Below, piece after piece: positions 55,183 to 64,000 of a DNA stretch of 64,000 nucleotides. The stretch covers positions 1 to 64,000 of the IMG/VR virus record IMGVR_UViG_3300048819_000142. One strand, 5' to 3'. Positions within the stretch are counted from its first letter, which is position 1. Each line of letters opens with the position of its first letter. A program made the translations under genes and the position numbers. This DNA comes from a virus (Duplodnaviria; Caudoviricetes). Under the pieces are notes generated by a model, which saw nothing but the letters and a program-made list of their open reading frames with translations, searched no databases and was not told the DNA's origin.

Positions 55183-56697
55183 TCAAAAATCGAAGTTGAG
55201 GTTCGTCCTTGGCATGACGAGGTTTAAGGACTGCCTGCACCTTGTCGCCGCCACATACCACACTCGCACCTCATCGTCGTAATTGGTCTGCATGTTGTTG
55301 TGGCAGCGGTAAGACATGTCAGTGACGAGTAAGACGTGGTCAGCCTGACCGCCCTTTGACGCATGAATTGTGCTGATCTTAATTCGTGGTTCCTTGAGGA
55401 GCGATTCCTTGCGTCGTAGAGCCGCGCGGAAGAATTCTCGTTCCTTGTCCGAGATCTTAGCCAGCGCTGTGTACCACACATCCTGGGTCCTCAACCCCAG
55501 GCGCACGAGCTCTGGCATCGAGTACATACGGTCATTCTCGTCAGCCTTTAATTTCTTCATCAGCACGGTCGAGGTCCAGTGAGCTGGAATATACTTCAGT
55601 GTCTCTAAGACCCGTTCCGCAGATTCTTCATTACCTTTACGTAAATTCTCCCAGACTCGAACTGCCGATAGCGCAGGACTCTTCAGCGGGTCGCGGTTCA
55701 CAGAGTTAAAGGAGAACCCCTGGCTCATGCACCAATCCTCTAGTTCATCGAGCATGTAACCGTTCCTGGCAAGGAGGAGCCATGTCCCCTTGGATAGGTC
55801 TACCTCTTCGATGTTGCCGAACCAGTTGACCGATCCTATCTCTAGTCGTGGCGCCCAGATCTTTGGGCGTCGTTGGGAAATGCGATTGGACACAGAATCA
55901 GCAAGCGTGTGGACGGTGCTAGGTATCCTGTAGCTTATATCCAGGACACGCGCCCTACCGGGGAGGTTTATGAATTTTGATACATCTGCTCCACTCCATT
56001 TATAGATGGCTTGGTCGTCGTCTCCTGCTACATATACTTCTTTCGCATTGGTCGAGATCAGCTCGACAGCGTCCCACTGAAGAAGACTCAGGTCCTGAGC
56101 TTCGTCAATAATTAGCACGTCTAGTTGAGGCAGTGTGCTTACTTGCGATAGGCAAAATCGCTCGAGTAGATCTGTGAAATCTGACAGGCTCCTGCTTCTC
56201 TTGAAGGACTCAAGGGCTTTTGCAAATCGGTCAAGTTCCCACCAGTCAATCTCGTCCTCGAACGCCTCGTTCCAAACGTCCTTCAACGGTCGCTTGATAT
56301 TGCGCGCGAGACCTTCGAGGAACAGCATCCGGTCTGCTGAGTTCATGCCGTATACGTCGTCTTCCGCTATCTCGCCTCGGCCCTTGAAATCGATACCGAG
56401 CATTCTACCGAGTTCCCTAATGTGCGGCCACCCCACCATCTGGTCTCGACGCATTCCAAGGTACTTGAATGCCATCGAATGCAGGGTCCTGAAGTGTGGG
56501 AGATCTTCAGGAGCAATGCCAAACTTCTCAGATGCCCTTGACTTACCTTCTTCAGCAGCTTTCTTAGTGAAGCTGATGAACCCGATCTTGTTCGGTTTGA
56601 TACCGCGTGCCAGGACGCCTTCCACGACTTCAAGCAGCGACGTGGTTTTCCCAGTTCCCGGCGGCCCAACAATAATGTTAGTGTTTTTGGAGTTCAT
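55183..56697 (-). CDS. UvrD/Rep-like SF1 helicase
   Basis: GPPGTGKTT, FRTLHS, IDEAQD, GDDDQAIY, STIHASKGG, YVAATR. Confidence 0.92.
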   Translation of the reverse strand: MNSKNTNIIVGPPGTGKTTSLLEVVEGVLARGIKPNKIGFISFTKKAAEEGKSRASEKFGIAPEDLPHFRTLHSMAFKYLGMRRDQMVGWPHIRELGRMLGIDFKGRGEIAEDDVYGMNSADRMLFLEGLARNIKRPLKDVWNEAFEDEIDWWELDRFAKALESFKRSRSLSDFTDLLERFCLSQVSTLPQLDVLIIDEAQDLSLLQWDAVELISTNAKEVYVAGDDDQAIYKWSGADVSKFINLPGRARVLDISYRIPSTVHTLADSVSNRISQRRPKIWAPRLEIGSVNWFGNIEEVDLSKGTWLLLARNGYMLDELEDWCMSQGFSFNSVNRDPLKSPALSAVRVWENLRKGNEESAERVLETLKYIPAHWTSTVLMKKLKADENDRMYSMPELVRLGLRTQDVWYTALAKISDKEREFFRAALRRKESLLKEPRIKISTIHASKGGQADHVLLVTDMSYRCHNNMQTNYDDEVRVWYVAATRCRQSLNLVMPRTNLNFDF

Positions 56698-56861
56698 TTC
56701 TGTAAATCCAGGCCATACGTAATGATGACAACTATTCCTCTGTTTTTTAGGTCCGTGGCGATGTAGTCGGGCAACGGCTCCCTATCCCCAGATTTATGCT
56801 TGCCTCCATACGACGTTATATACTCAACAACGTGGTACAGGGTTTTAGAGTGCTTCTTCAT
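56694..56861 (-). CDS. Small hypothetical protein
   Basis: ATGA overlap with the helicase. Confidence 0.45.
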   Translation of the reverse strand: MKKHSKTLYHVVEYITSYGGKHKSGDREPLPDYIATDLKNRGIVVIITYGLDLQK

Positions 56862-58377
56862 TGTTCTGCGCCTCGTCAGGTATGGGGAATCCTTCTGTTT
56901 GCTTAGCAAACTCTGGGATCGACCAGTAGTTGACGCCACGACCCTTTATGTTGTTGAAGTGGTGCTCAGCACCTGCGTCCTTAAGCATGGACGCAATCTT
57001 CGTACTCTTGAATTCGAAAAACTTGTGGCGACTCAGGAATGCCAGCATATCGGCCATCCTAAAGAATGTCCTACCCTTCTCGGAGAAAGGCTTGCCAAGC
57101 ACTATCTCCTCCAGGTTTAAGGCTTGCGCCCTACCCGTGCAGAACTTCTCCATCATTTCCCAGAATTGTCCTTCTGGAGAAGCGTCAACTGGCGCTTCAA
57201 TAACCGTCACAGTATCCATTGCGTGCTGGACAGCTGCTTGCCAAGCAGGTGCGCCTGGGACTTGAGGCATAACATTTAGGTAATCCATGCAGCGTCGTTG
57301 AAACGCCCTGGGGTCCTGGATATCGGCTGTTGATAGCTCCATGCGAACGCCGTCAACCGTCCAAAACCAAATAGGCGGCTTTGTGTTCAGCTTAGTCATT
57401 CCACCGAGCGCTGGGAATCTTCCGGTAGTTCCACTACCGACACCAAATTTTCTTGTCCTACATAGGGCTGCGTTACAGTGCTGTGCTATCGGCTGCTTCG
57501 TACATCCGTACGAGAAGTCCTTCTTACGGAGCGACTTAATCAGCCCCTGTACCTCTGGCATGGTAAGGGGTGGTTGCATGAACTTGTGATTGGCTTCGTC
57601 TAAAGCCGTCTCCCAGTTATCCGGATCAGACCTCTTCAGGAATACGCCAATGTTGTACAGGCCGTCGTTACGCGTTCCTGCTGGATACCCAATTTGTGAA
57701 AGTGCTTGTAGACAGGGGGGTCCATCCTCGAACTCCTTCGCAACGACCAAGAGTTCCCTGAACCACTTGGTCGGAGCAAGGTTATCGTATGCATACTCGA
57801 GGAACTGTTCGGGGGACATTGCATCTCCCTCAGTAGTTACACAGTACCTCATTCCTCGAATGCCGTTAAAGTACGGCATGTTGATCCACTGACCAACGTC
57901 GCCTTGATCAGCCAGTATCTGAGATTGCTTTGGGAAGATCTCAGAACCGCCAAAGCCAAGGAATGCGGCAACTTCGCCCAACTTGGACTTCATGGTTGAG
58001 GCGAGAACTGGTTCAAACGAAAAGCAGTAGATATGCGCGCCACCGGACTTAGTTCTGCAGAGTACTAGCGGGAGACCTAGTCTCACGATCTTTGCAGCTA
58101 TGGCCCGAAGATCCAGGTTGTAGATGTCGACGTCGATAGCCCCGAACGAGGCGTGATTATCGTCCTTGATCGGTATGATTCCCAAGCCTTGTTTGCCAGC
58201 AAGGTGGGCTTCCCACAAGTCTTCAACTACTGCGCCACGGATTGTTTTTGCGGCCCCTACTTTTTTACCATCGCCTTCTCTTACTGCGTTTATATCGTAA
58301 GTACCATAGGCCCGATCCATGCCCGCGAACAAGCGCATGAATCGCTCGGCCAAGGCAGCTGTTACTGGCCGATCCAT
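56845..58377 (-). CDS. AEP-type primase with PriCT-like domain
   Basis: FGAIDVD, RTKSGGAH, MPYF, GPPCL, G.RN..LYN.G. Confidence 0.88.
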   Translation of the reverse strand: MDRPVTAALAERFMRLFAGMDRAYGTYDINAVREGDGKKVGAAKTIRGAVVEDLWEAHLAGKQGLGIIPIKDDNHASFGAIDVDIYNLDLRAIAAKIVRLGLPLVLCRTKSGGAHIYCFSFEPVLASTMKSKLGEVAAFLGFGGSEIFPKQSQILADQGDVGQWINMPYFNGIRGMRYCVTTEGDAMSPEQFLEYAYDNLAPTKWFRELLVVAKEFEDGPPCLQALSQIGYPAGTRNDGLYNIGVFLKRSDPDNWETALDEANHKFMQPPLTMPEVQGLIKSLRKKDFSYGCTKQPIAQHCNAALCRTRKFGVGSGTTGRFPALGGMTKLNTKPPIWFWTVDGVRMELSTADIQDPRAFQRRCMDYLNVMPQVPGAPAWQAAVQHAMDTVTVIEAPVDASPEGQFWEMMEKFCTGRAQALNLEEIVLGKPFSEKGRTFFRMADMLAFLSRHKFFEFKSTKIASMLKDAGAEHHFNNIKGRGVNYWSIPEFAKQTEGFPIPDEAQNNEEAL

Positions 58378-58400
58378 TCGGTCGTTCCCCTAAAATAGTG

Positions 58401-58433
58401 GGCAGGATCCCTGGTCCGAACGGGGATCCTGCC
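58401..58433 (-). terminator. Stable hairpin between SSB-like and primase genes
   Basis: GGCAGGATCCC/GGGATCCTGCC, followed on the minus strand by cactatttt. Confidence 0.5.
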
Positions 58434-58482
58434 TTGGTCTTCAAGCTCGGGAGCTTGTCGGAAAGAGACCTGTGGATCGCTC

Positions 58483-59388
58483 CTAGAAGGGTACTCCTTC
58501 GCCGGCGCCCGCATGACCTTCCGCGTCTCCGACTTCGCCGTCGAATTCCTGCGGAGGAGCAGAGACACGGACGTTTCCGGACTCGACCTGCTTCGCGAAT
58601 TCCCTTGCCATCTTATAGATGCTGACATCCTTGACCTGACCTTCGGAGATGATATTCCATCCGAACCAGTCGTAGGTGTCCTTCGCCTCGCCAACTGTCG
58701 TCAGGCGATACACATGGCTGTAGGACGGCGGATTGAAGACCCGGTTCTGTGCGTCGCGGAACATGATCCGGCGCATCACTGTGTTCCATGTCCTTGACTT
58801 CTTCAACTGCGTCGACGCCATCGAGATGACGGCGAATTCAGGGAACCCAGACTCCTCGTGCAGGACGAGTCCGAAGTGGTACGCGGTATCGATGATGATG
58901 TCCTTGCTCTCCGGGTCCCAAAGTTGACCGCGGTCGTTTCGGGGGAATTTCTTCAACGCCGGATCATTCTCGAGGTAGTGGCAAACGAGACCGCCGCCCG
59001 AGTCTCGGTTCTTCCAGCGCACTGCCTGCTTCTGATAGCCGCAGGGAATGAACAGGATTCCACCCGGGTCGTCGTCGGTCGCTTCTCCCGGTACGCACTT
59101 GCCCGTCACTGTGTTCATGATCATGCCGGACTCCGCACCCTTGATGTGCTTAGCATTTGCGCGGCTGACCTGGGGACTTCCCTTCTGGAGGATGGAGATA
59201 AACGGGATAGCAAAGTCGTTGGCGCCGAGATTCGCCAGACCACCACCAGCATCTTCCTGGAACATGTCCATTGAGGGAGCGACCACGACCATCTCGGTGG
59301 CGTCCCCGATCTTCTCAACTGCCGTTTCCTGAACCACTTCTTCGACTGGCGCTGCCGTAGCAGGCGCTATACCTTTCTTAGTTGCCAT
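58483..59388 (-). CDS. Putative ssDNA-binding / annealing protein
   Basis: D..IPF..ILQ..SPQ, M.STQLKKSR.WN, acidic tail ending VPF. Confidence 0.7.
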   Translation of the reverse strand: MATKKGIAPATAAPVEEVVQETAVEKIGDATEMVVVAPSMDMFQEDAGGGLANLGANDFAIPFISILQKGSPQVSRANAKHIKGAESGMIMNTVTGKCVPGEATDDDPGGILFIPCGYQKQAVRWKNRDSGGGLVCHYLENDPALKKFPRNDRGQLWDPESKDIIIDTAYHFGLVLHEESGFPEFAVISMASTQLKKSRTWNTVMRRIMFRDAQNRVFNPPSYSHVYRLTTVGEAKDTYDWFGWNIISEGQVKDVSIYKMAREFAKQVESGNVRVSAPPQEFDGEVGDAEGHAGAGEGVPF

Positions 59389-59406
59389 TTGCTCTTTCTG
59401 TTCTCC

Positions 59407-60024
59407 TTACTTCTTGACTTTGATGGATGCGATCTTCTTGACGTGAATTGAGAACACGTCGGTGGGAATCGGTAACCCTTCTTCTAACTGCTTTCGGACA
59501 AAAGCTTTCAGGGTCGAGGGATGCACTGACCTTGAACTTGTGAAACTGTACCCCTGGGTAGACAAAATATCAGCGAGCCGTTTGGCCTCGGCGTCCTGAC
59601 CTTTACCGAACGGGCACTTCACTTCGTTCTTGATGATGCCGTCGTTGCCGGTTGCCTCCAACCACTCAAAGGCATCTTCCCGATTTTCTTCGGTAATACC
59701 AGCGTATACGTCCTCCTTGATTGTGACGAGAGAACCATCGAGCAGCTTAAACTCCGACAAGCCAAACGCTTGCACAGCATTCGGTAAGTCGTACTCCTTG
59801 ACCTTCGACAGTTCTTCTTTCTTCTTCTTGAGTAGAGCCTCGAGCTCGGGGACGCTGGGGTCCATGAGTTCGAGGTCTGCGATGACTGCTTCATCGAGGC
59901 GTGACTCAAGCTTAAGCTGCTTGTTAGCCAGGTCCCCGACTGATCTCAGGTCGGCGTCAGAAGGCGGCCGGATCGCCTGCTGCTGTTCGATAGCGTCCTG
60001 CGCTATCAGCTCATCGATGTTCAT
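59407..60024 (-). CDS. Conserved phage replication-module protein (coiled coil, HPSTLKAFV)
   Basis: AF.WL...G...IIKN, VHP.TLKAFV motifs. Confidence 0.75.
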   Translation of the reverse strand: MNIDELIAQDAIEQQQAIRPPSDADLRSVGDLANKQLKLESRLDEAVIADLELMDPSVPELEALLKKKKEELSKVKEYDLPNAVQAFGLSEFKLLDGSLVTIKEDVYAGITEENREDAFEWLEATGNDGIIKNEVKCPFGKGQDAEAKRLADILSTQGYSFTSSRSVHPSTLKAFVRKQLEEGLPIPTDVFSIHVKKIASIKVKK

Positions 60025-60031
60025 GGCTTTG

Positions 60032-60226
60032 TTAGTCCTTAAATAGCACGGCACGAACTGCGCAATCCTTAGCTTCAAGGAGTTTGCGGAACGCAGAAGT
60101 CTTTTCGGGGTTGGATGGGAGAGCTTTTTCTAGCTCCTTTGCAAGTTCTCCAAAAGGCTTACTAACCTCTTGAAGATGCGGTGGAAGATGGCTATATTCA
60201 AAAAACTGAAGCAACGAATTTTTCAC
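60032..60226 (-). CDS. Small helical-hairpin protein, Acb2/Tad1-like candidate
   Basis: FF.Y.HLP..LQ.VS.PF..LA......LP...EK..A.RKLLEAKDCAVRA; own TATAAT and AGGAG. Confidence 0.7.
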   Translation of the reverse strand: MKNSLLQFFEYSHLPPHLQEVSKPFGELAKELEKALPSNPEKTSAFRKLLEAKDCAVRAVLFKD

Positions 60227-60284
60227 TTTTTATTGACTCCTTTCAATTATATAACGCGGGAACACTTGGAAGTCCCGATATGTC

Positions 60285-60719
60285 TCAGTGCGGTAGCCCA
60301 AAGACCGCTCGCTTAACGCCCTCCCATTTGAAGGGTTTATGGCACTGGAACAGTGGTTCTGGTAGCTCGTCCTTGTGTATTGAGAATGACTTGCTGTCAG
60401 TGCCGGGAATGTGCGTGGACATCATGACGGCTCTACCTTCCCACACAATCATGTCGTCGTCCTTGCGGGCCACGATGAGTACTCGCCCGCCAACCCCTGT
60501 CCTCTTCATAATCCAAGTTTTCTGGCTGTTGCGAAAATATAGCCGATTCCCGTGCATGACTTTCAACTCTAGCCATGCCTCGACGCCGCCATGACAAGCT
60601 GTCACGTCTGATATACCAGTTCCCGCCGTATTCTCTATTCGAGATAGGTGGGTGTCATCAGACTCCAGTCCGGCTTTGACCTGTTGCCAGAAGTAGCTTT
60701 CCTTGACTTGTACGCTCAC
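60285..60719 (-). CDS. PD-(D/E)xK nuclease (VRR-NUC / resolvase-like)
   Basis: E..FW...RIEN..G.G.SD.....WLELK...Q..W. Confidence 0.82.
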   Translation of the reverse strand: MSVQVKESYFWQQVKAGLESDDTHLSRIENTAGTGISDVTACHGGVEAWLELKVMHGNRLYFRNSQKTWIMKRTGVGGRVLIVARKDDDMIVWEGRAVMMSTHIPGTDSKSFSIHKDELPEPLFQCHKPFKWEGVKRAVFGLPH

Positions 60720-60753
60720 GGCAATGTCTCCTCTTCTGCACCTGCGGAATACA

Positions 60754-61017
60754 TCATGAGCTCTTCATCTTCTTCACCAGCCATCGCTGTATTGCCTCCT
60801 GCGCGCATTTTTCGTGGACCCACAAGACTCGCAACGTCGACCCAGCGACCGCACTCTCTGTACGAAAAAGGTCCAGCATCCATTCGTATTCTTTGATTGT
60901 CCGTGTGCATATTGCGCAGTCCCTTGGTATCTTATCTTGTCTGTATGCCATGTTGTTCGGGACCCAGACTCCAGTGTCCAGGGCCAGCGTACGCGCCATA
61001 AGCTCCCTGGCCCTCAC
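60754..61017 (-). CDS. Hypothetical protein (CxxC...HxxC)
   Basis: ORF; start uncertain. Confidence 0.45.
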   Translation of the reverse strand: MRARELMARTLALDTGVWVPNNMAYRQDKIPRDCAICTRTIKEYEWMLDLFRTESAVAGSTLRVLWVHEKCAQEAIQRWLVKKMKSS

Positions 61018-61020
61018 AGA

Positions 61021-61299
61021 TCATATCAGATCTCGCTCCATCAAGTGTGCGTTCTTCGCGTCGTAGGCCTTCAGCAAAGCGTCTCCCCGTCCGGCTTGCT
61101 CAACACGGAGCCTGCGAAGTTTTTCCTCCAGTTCAGCTTCGGTCAATTCCTGCTCGACCTGTTCGATCTGATGGTGCAACTTCGCCTCCTTCCTGTTGCG
61201 AAACAACGGAAAGAGTGGTACTCGCCGAAATAGCGGAATGACCACCTCCGTAACGATGAAGAAAGCCACCAAGATCTCGATGAGCGATCGTGCGAACAT
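61021..61299 (-). CDS. Membrane-anchored coiled-coil protein
   Basis: N-terminal TM; AAGGAGATATA RBS. Confidence 0.7.
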   Translation of the reverse strand: MFARSLIEILVAFFIVTEVVIPLFRRVPLFPLFRNRKEAKLHHQIEQVEQELTEAELEEKLRRLRVEQAGRGDALLKAYDAKNAHLMERDLI

Positions 61300-61354
61300 T
61301 AGTATATCTCCTTAAGTTCATTTTACAACAGAATAATGCGGGTTAAACGGGAAT

Positions 61355-63436
61355 CTAAGCCGCCAGTAGCAGTACTTCTTCCTTGGACTCACCCCAGCTC
61401 GGTCCTACCTTTGCATCGCAGACGACTGGGATTTCTAGGAGTACGCACTCTTGCATAACCCGTTTGATAGTTCTTGCTTGCTCCATGTCATCGACTGATC
61501 CGCCAAGTTCATCGTGCACTTGTAAAGCAGGCACATATCCGTAATCGTAGTAAAGGACTCGCATCGCCTCTTTCGTTTGGTCCGCGGCAGACCCCTGGAT
61601 TAGTGCGTTCAGCGCCTTGTGAACGCCGTACCGTTGTAGTCTGCGCCCAGGCCATCGCTGCTCAGCCAAGTGACGCGGCAGACCTTGAACCTTGAACTGT
61701 CGTTCTTCCTTGGATTCGGGGATAGGTTCCCACAGGTTAAACCGGCGCTTTCTTTTCAGGAGTGTCAATATGAATCCACGATCCTGTGCAGTCGACATCG
61801 CCTTAGAAGACAGGGCCTTGACGAATGGCAGTGATGAGTGGTAAGCATTGAGAATTTCCTGACCCTCCTGTATCGATACACCGAGCATCCGACACAACTT
61901 CTGGATGCCCATCGAATACATGATGCCGAGGTTTACGCCCTTGATTTGCTTGCGCTTAAATTGTTTACCAGACTTCTCATTGACGATGTCAGTGGTAAGT
62001 TGGTGGTAGTCGACCAAGGGGTTCGCCCTGAAAGCCCGAACCGCAATATCAGCTCCTGCGAGTTTGCAGAGGCTCGCAAAGTGCACAAGTAGGCGAGGTT
62101 CTTGCTGGGAATAATCTCCCTTGAAGTACTTCTTCCTCTCGCTTCCATACGGGTTGATCTTATCTGCGACGAAGAGTTTCCTGATTTCTTCTGCCCAGAT
62201 GGGGCTATCCTTACCCCATAACTCGTCATCATGTCGGTTAGGGACTTGCTGAAGGTTGGGATTCCTTGACGCCATGCGTCCGGATCTTGTTCCAGAATCA
62301 TCTGCGCGAAGCTGCTGAAACTGGCAATGTAGTCTACCATTCGTGGACTCCTTGATGATGTCCCCGATGACGAAATCGTCCCGGAGCGTCATGAGCTTCT
62401 TCTTTTTCAGGACCATCCGAGAGAGTGGGTCCCTTTGCGCTCCGTACCACTCTGCTGTAAATGAAGCTTGCCCTCCAGGATGTTTCTCAGATGGCGCCGT
62501 ATACTTGAAGTTGTTCGCAATGTTCAATTCCGGCATCTTGAAGTTCAGGACGTTGTACGCCTTGAGCATGTCCTTGCCAGAATCGACGTTGGGGTCGAAC
62601 CCAACTAGTCGTTTGATCTCCATTGACAGCTTGTCAATTTCGATCGTTAACTTCTCTACAAGCCCGTGCGCCTTATCGAGGTCTACGGCCACGCCGTTTA
62701 TCCTCATCTTCAAGAGGATCGGTATTAGCGATGTCTCAAGCTTGAAGATGTCCCACAGGTTCTCCTTGTCAATGATCTTCGACTGGTGGTCTCGGAAAAT
62801 TCGAAGTGGCCTGTCGACGTCGCCCTCACCGTAAGCACCCACATATTCGGGTGGCATCATCCAAAGGTCTGACTTCGGGTCAAAGACGATTGGTCGCCTT
62901 GCCCTCTTGTCCTTATATCCCTTGGTATACCTGCCTGCTGCTTCCCTCAGTAACTCTTCGTCCTTACCGACGCCAAGATACTTGTTGGATAGCACCTCAA
63001 CGGAGTAGCCGTCCGCTGTTTCCTCGTCGATGATTGGCTCTGCAATTTGGATATCGAAGCGTGTAACGTCGTCGTGAAACTTGACGTCTTCGAACCACAG
63101 TGCCTCCTCATCGTAGAGGAGGTTACCACCATACAGCTCTCCTCTAAAATGTTTGACTTGATCTTGTAACCAGGGAAAGACCACATTGGGCGCAAGGTTA
63201 CACCCTTGTGCATGGCGCACTGGATAATACCCACGAAAACCCTCGGTAGCGATAGCTATCCCTACAACATAAGCGTCTCCACTAATGTATCCAGGACCTC
63301 GAGATGTAAGATGCGGATCCCTGGCTTCAATGTCTATCGACCACCACTTCTCTCGAGAGATTTCAGGGAAAGAATCAGGTGGGCGCCATTCCGAGTTAGG
63401 AAGGAATTCGGGGAACGGTAGCTGTATGTTCGGCAA
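61355..63436 (-). CDS. polA: DNA polymerase family A with 3'-5' exonuclease
   Basis: IDIE, SGRMASRNPNLQQ, DYSQQEPR, RKQIKGVNLG..Y, IQGSAAD, QVHDE. Confidence 0.95.
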   Translation of the reverse strand: MPNIQLPFPEFLPNSEWRPPDSFPEISREKWWSIDIEARDPHLTSRGPGYISGDAYVVGIAIATEGFRGYYPVRHAQGCNLAPNVVFPWLQDQVKHFRGELYGGNLLYDEEALWFEDVKFHDDVTRFDIQIAEPIIDEETADGYSVEVLSNKYLGVGKDEELLREAAGRYTKGYKDKRARRPIVFDPKSDLWMMPPEYVGAYGEGDVDRPLRIFRDHQSKIIDKENLWDIFKLETSLIPILLKMRINGVAVDLDKAHGLVEKLTIEIDKLSMEIKRLVGFDPNVDSGKDMLKAYNVLNFKMPELNIANNFKYTAPSEKHPGGQASFTAEWYGAQRDPLSRMVLKKKKLMTLRDDFVIGDIIKESTNGRLHCQFQQLRADDSGTRSGRMASRNPNLQQVPNRHDDELWGKDSPIWAEEIRKLFVADKINPYGSERKKYFKGDYSQQEPRLLVHFASLCKLAGADIAVRAFRANPLVDYHQLTTDIVNEKSGKQFKRKQIKGVNLGIMYSMGIQKLCRMLGVSIQEGQEILNAYHSSLPFVKALSSKAMSTAQDRGFILTLLKRKRRFNLWEPIPESKEERQFKVQGLPRHLAEQRWPGRRLQRYGVHKALNALIQGSAADQTKEAMRVLYYDYGYVPALQVHDELGGSVDDMEQARTIKRVMQECVLLEIPVVCDAKVGPSWGESKEEVLLLAA

Positions 63437-63590
63437 TCTCCCTCCTACTTTCGTTGTATAACTCGTCTCCCACGAACATCTCAGACCCTACACAACGAAG
63501 CCCACTACTCGCGTAGTGGGCCACGATGCTCTTGTTCTTCCTAATGAAGACTGGCGCGCTGCAATAAGGGCAGGCGGCGGTTCGTACATG

Positions 63591-64000
63591 TTACCTTACT
63601 CCACTCGAAGCTAAGACGATGGTCTTCCAAGCGGGAACTTGGTCGATGCTAATGTCCTGCACCTGCTCCCAAGTCCTGTGGTCAGCTATCATTCCCGATC
63701 TCGTCGGGAGTAGCAACGACGTCTTCGTCCATAGCAGCTTAGCTTCCGGTTGCGAGTACTCCTCGAGGAACACTATACGACAGCAGGAGGTATGCAACAA
63801 CTCCTTGACACAGGTGACGCAACAGCTTGTCGTTGTGTAACACGTGTGGATTCTCATCCTGTCGGTACAGTGCGCCAAGGCGTTCTGCTCCGCGTGGTTT
63901 GCCCAGCAAGAATCGAGGCTCGTCCCAGACGGCGCATTAGCACCAGGACACTTGGCGTTCTCATTATCCCTGCAATGATCCCACTTCGGTGGGACCCCGT
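63591..64000 (-). CDS. dCMP deaminase (5' part outside the window)
   Basis: ...GVPP..DHC...CP...C.ANHAEQNAL...Y.T.SCC.TC.K motifs. Confidence 0.85.
   Translation of the reverse strand, partial: GVPPKWDHCRDNENAKCPGANAPSGTSLDSCWANHAEQNALAHCTDRMRIHTCYTTTSCCVTCVKELLHTSCCRIVFLEEYSQPEAKLLWTKTSLLLPTRSGMIADHRTWEQVQDISIDQVPAWKTIVLASSGVR

Noticed and set aside
1-64000. Stop-codon reassignment
   Set aside because: Core genes are intact in code 11, and TAG, TGA and TAA all terminate coupled genes

Overview
The window is almost entirely a tailed dsDNA phage genome segment, siphovirus-like with a P22-coat-type HK97-fold capsid and a non-contractile tail. It probably infects Acidobacteriota, inferred from a TIGR03435-like gene. 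Layout: (i) 1-9172, a leftward cluster of small early/host-takeover genes with shared start-associated sequences and repeated structured intergenic elements; (ii) about 9200-10150, an AT-rich divergent non-coding region with iteron-like and IHF-like sites; (iii) 10208-20801, rightward accessory genes: two degenerate HNH proteins, a second stand-alone primase domain, a DEDDh exonuclease, signal-peptide-bearing fibre/beta-helix proteins, TIGR03435, a candidate sRNA and a putative TerS; (iv) 21030-53240, morphogenesis: TerL, an HExxE protein plus PurD-like ATP-grasp enzyme, portal, scaffold, capsid, tRNA-Met(CAT), neck, tail tube, a -1 frameshifted tail chaperone, a 2666-aa tape measure, tail tip proteins and a holin; (v) 53429-64000, a leftward replication module: SNF2 and UvrD helicases, AEP primase, SSB-like protein, nuclease, Pol A and dCMP deaminase. 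The most striking observation is a tape measure protein whose about 1,170-aa N-terminal extension carries an intact-looking DEDDh 3'-5' exonuclease and a DUF4406/nucleoside-deoxyribosyltransferase-like domain, a candidate virion-injected enzyme cargo. Other leads are the ATP-grasp/HExxE pair inside the head module, exported fibre-like proteins, an orphan MbcA/ParS-type antitoxin domain, an Acb2/Tad1-like sponge candidate and repeated intergenic RNA-like elements. All family assignments come from motif recognition by eye; no database searches were run.
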